A stretch of 62,955 nt of DNA, filler included, from Octopus bimaculoides (taxonomy: Eukaryota), in NCBI RefSeq assembly GCF_001194135.2. It is 4 parts of 4 records of this genome, joined end to end, with 100 filler letters (N's around TTAATTAATTAA, not from the genome) between each part and the next. Parts side by side here need not be neighbours in the genome. Positions count along the whole stretch, not along the records: positions 40,926 to 62,955 come from NC_068998.1; 3 more parts are not named here. One strand, 5' to 3'. Position numbers and translations under genes: made by a program. Positions 62,438 through 62,955 of the stretch are shown here, piece after piece. How positions within the stretch are numbered: the first letter of the stretch is position 1; each line of letters starts with the position of its first letter. The notes beneath the pieces were generated by a model that ran no database searches, was not told where the DNA came from, and worked only from the letters and a program-made list of their open reading frames with translations.

Positions 62438-62667
62438 GGTGTGATGAAATAATTAAAAGATGTACGATTGAGCTGTTTCAATAGCCCTTCTCGTCTGTCT
62501 TAAAATTCCTCGCTTGATGCCAAATTTGTATCCATTCGTTCAATTTTGAACGTTAAAGTACTTCTTTCCTTTCTCCTTATAAAGTTTACGAACACACAAT
62601 TATTTAAGGCGTAAATACAGTGAAACACTCCAAAAGTAATCATCACTCATTTTATGATTGTGTCCTT

Positions 62668-62880
62668 ACCTTTTACTTGTTTCAGTCATTAGACTGCGGC
62701 CAGGCCATGCTGGGGTACCGCCTTAAAGAATTTTAATCCAACGAATCAACCCCAGTATTATTTTTTTAAACCTGGTACTTATTCTATTGGTATCCTTTTT
62801 TGAGCCGCAGCTTTCCAGGACGTAAAGACACAAACACCGATTGCCAAGAGGTGGTAGAGCAATCAATACAGACACCAAGG
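62668..62880 (-). mobile_element. 3' half of a family-A-related SINE variant, running into a microsatellite
   Basis: TTTTACTTGTTTCAGTCATTAGACTGCGGCC...GGTACTTATTCTATTGGT, with extra sequence AAGAATTTTAATCC relative to the other copies. Confidence 0.8.
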
Positions 62881-62955
62881 TATGCACATAGATATATACA
62901 TATACGTACATGCATACATATATATATATATTTATATATATATATATATATATAT

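Overview
This is an AT-rich, gap-ridden and microsatellite-dense eukaryotic scaffold window, almost entirely repeat-derived. The SINE and LINE families resemble those I know from Octopus genomes, so the source is probably an octopod cephalopod (inference; no database search was run). I find no supportable host protein-coding exon, rRNA, true tRNA gene or CRISPR array. Most ORFs in the track are microsatellite or N-run artefacts. The recognisable coding fragments are decayed transposons: L1-Tx1, Dong/R4, RTE and Penelope-like retroelements, plus hAT, mariner/Tc1 and Tigger DNA transposons. At least four tRNA-derived SINE families are present, several with readable target-site duplications, including two SINE-in-SINE insertions. 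The most interesting signal is a divergently oriented ~165/195-bp repeat pair at 10244-10910. Each arm carries a degenerate type I hammerhead ribozyme motif, and the two arms together reconstruct a canonical core with a palindromic helix III loop. Three gaps contain a synthetic N44-TTAATTAATTAA-N44 scaffolding linker. Family names and translations were obtained by eye and need confirmation by RepeatMasker/Dfam/HMMER.
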